This document shows, one piece after another, positions 62,985 through 64,000 of a DNA stretch of 64,000 nt. Below the pieces are notes generated by a model. It saw only the letters and a list, made by a program, of their open reading frames with translations. It made no database searches and was not told the DNA's origin. Source of the DNA: Bispira polyomma (Eukaryota); NCBI GenBank assembly GCA_965649765.1, contig OZ287758.1:53630001-53694000 (forward strand), read 5' to 3'. How positions within the stretch are numbered: position 1 is the stretch's first letter; each line of letters opens with the position of its first letter. The translations under genes and the position numbers were made by a program.

Positions 62985-63510
62985 AATAATAATATAATAT
63001 ATCAGACTTGTTAGCGCTTATTTTCGTTGTAACGTATTCTAAGGCGCAAAAAAACCACAGCCAGAGTAAAAAAACATAGGTGATAGATAGAAGGAAGTCG
63101 TCATCAATGCGTCCACCGAGAATGGGAAAGAGACTATGGAGGGAATGCATCATTGAACAGATAGGTCTTTAAACTGCGCCGAAAGGAATACAGGGACGGA
63201 GCTGTCCTAATGTGTTGAGGCAAACTATTCCATAGGGTAGGGGCATCATTTGCAAAACTTTTATCAAAGTGAACCTTTGACCTGTGTACTTTGGACTTTT
63301 ATTTTGGAACAAGAAGGAATCTATTTTTGGGAGCGGCTCTCCTGGTGTTAACATTGCACTTGTAGTAACTCAAGTGTGGTTCAAAGTATTTAGGCAAACC
63401 TGAATCGAGAAACTTATATACTATTGTAGCAGTTTTAAAAACATACCGATACCTGTGGAGTGACTTCAGAATCGGTAAAGCATTTGAAAACTGAGCAGAA
63501 CAACTGACCA
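62985..63510 (-). mobile_element. L2-clade LINE 3' fragment (same family as 40162-41029)
   Basis: The - strand reads FKTATIVYKFLDSGLPKYFEPHL...FANDAPTLWNSLP...SFRRSLKTYLF, then the gcgccttaga..taagcgct 3' motif and a (tat)n tail. Confidence 0.85.
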
Positions 63511-64000
63511 GATGTGTGAAATATCATGTAAACAAAATTAGGTAAATCTCGGGGCATGCCCTTGGATAAATACTAAAGTAAATAATGTATTGCAAATATT
63601 TGAATAATTTTATCGTATATAGGAAGTATATCATATCCCTATTTTTTTAATTTAGGCTTACAGCTAATCACACTGCCCACTTGTTATTGGTAAACATCAG
63701 AAAAACACGAACAATGAATTTAGTGTACATTCAATAAATGAATTTGCAACTCAATTAAGACTTTTCTTGGTTTGCATACAATGTAGAATACGCACAAACC
63801 ATTCTCAAATTTATTAAACCCTACCATGCAAACTACATTACTGTTTGGACATAATATGCGCAGTAAAAGGTTGGTACGGTCGGCAAAATAGGCTTGTATA
63901 ATAACATGCAATGCAATATCAGTTAACACTCAAAATAATATATTAAAAAATAATACACTAAACATGGTCATGAAATGAAAACTAATCAGGTCTAATAATT

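Overview
AT-rich animal DNA, probably from a marine invertebrate (inferred from the GPCR family and TE types). The backbone is a tandem segmental duplication of about four units. It carries two intact single-ORF class-A GPCRs (16670-17782 and 31261-32370, both - strand) plus GPCR fragments, and is heavily invaded by transposons: L2-clade and RTEX/CR1-like LINE relics, Kolobok- and Harbinger-type MITEs, a tRNA-derived SINE and a full-length L1/Tx1-type LINE whose ORF1 ends in a NADAR (YbiA-like) domain. The most striking content is four divergent Ngaro-lineage tyrosine-recombinase (YR) retroelements: one apparently intact (33111-38308, -), one recently decayed (~7873-13800, +) and two relics. 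Comparing them shows a shared expression and replication layout: (i) an A_AAA_AAC plus hairpin -1 frameshift signal joining gag to RT-RNaseH; (ii) a phase-matched splice donor in gag and acceptor before the YR, predicting a Gag(N)-YR fusion; (iii) a 3' non-coding domain closed by a long stem with a sense-strand G-U pair and filled with CTTAA/TAAG hairpins; (iv) in the intact copy, no long ITRs or split direct repeats, with the TATA box and poly(A) signal lying inside the ends. Standard DIRS/Ngaro models cannot regenerate such termini, which suggests a different replication cycle, possibly via an excised circle. All alignments were done by eye; no searches or folding programs were run, and novelty relative to the literature is unverified.
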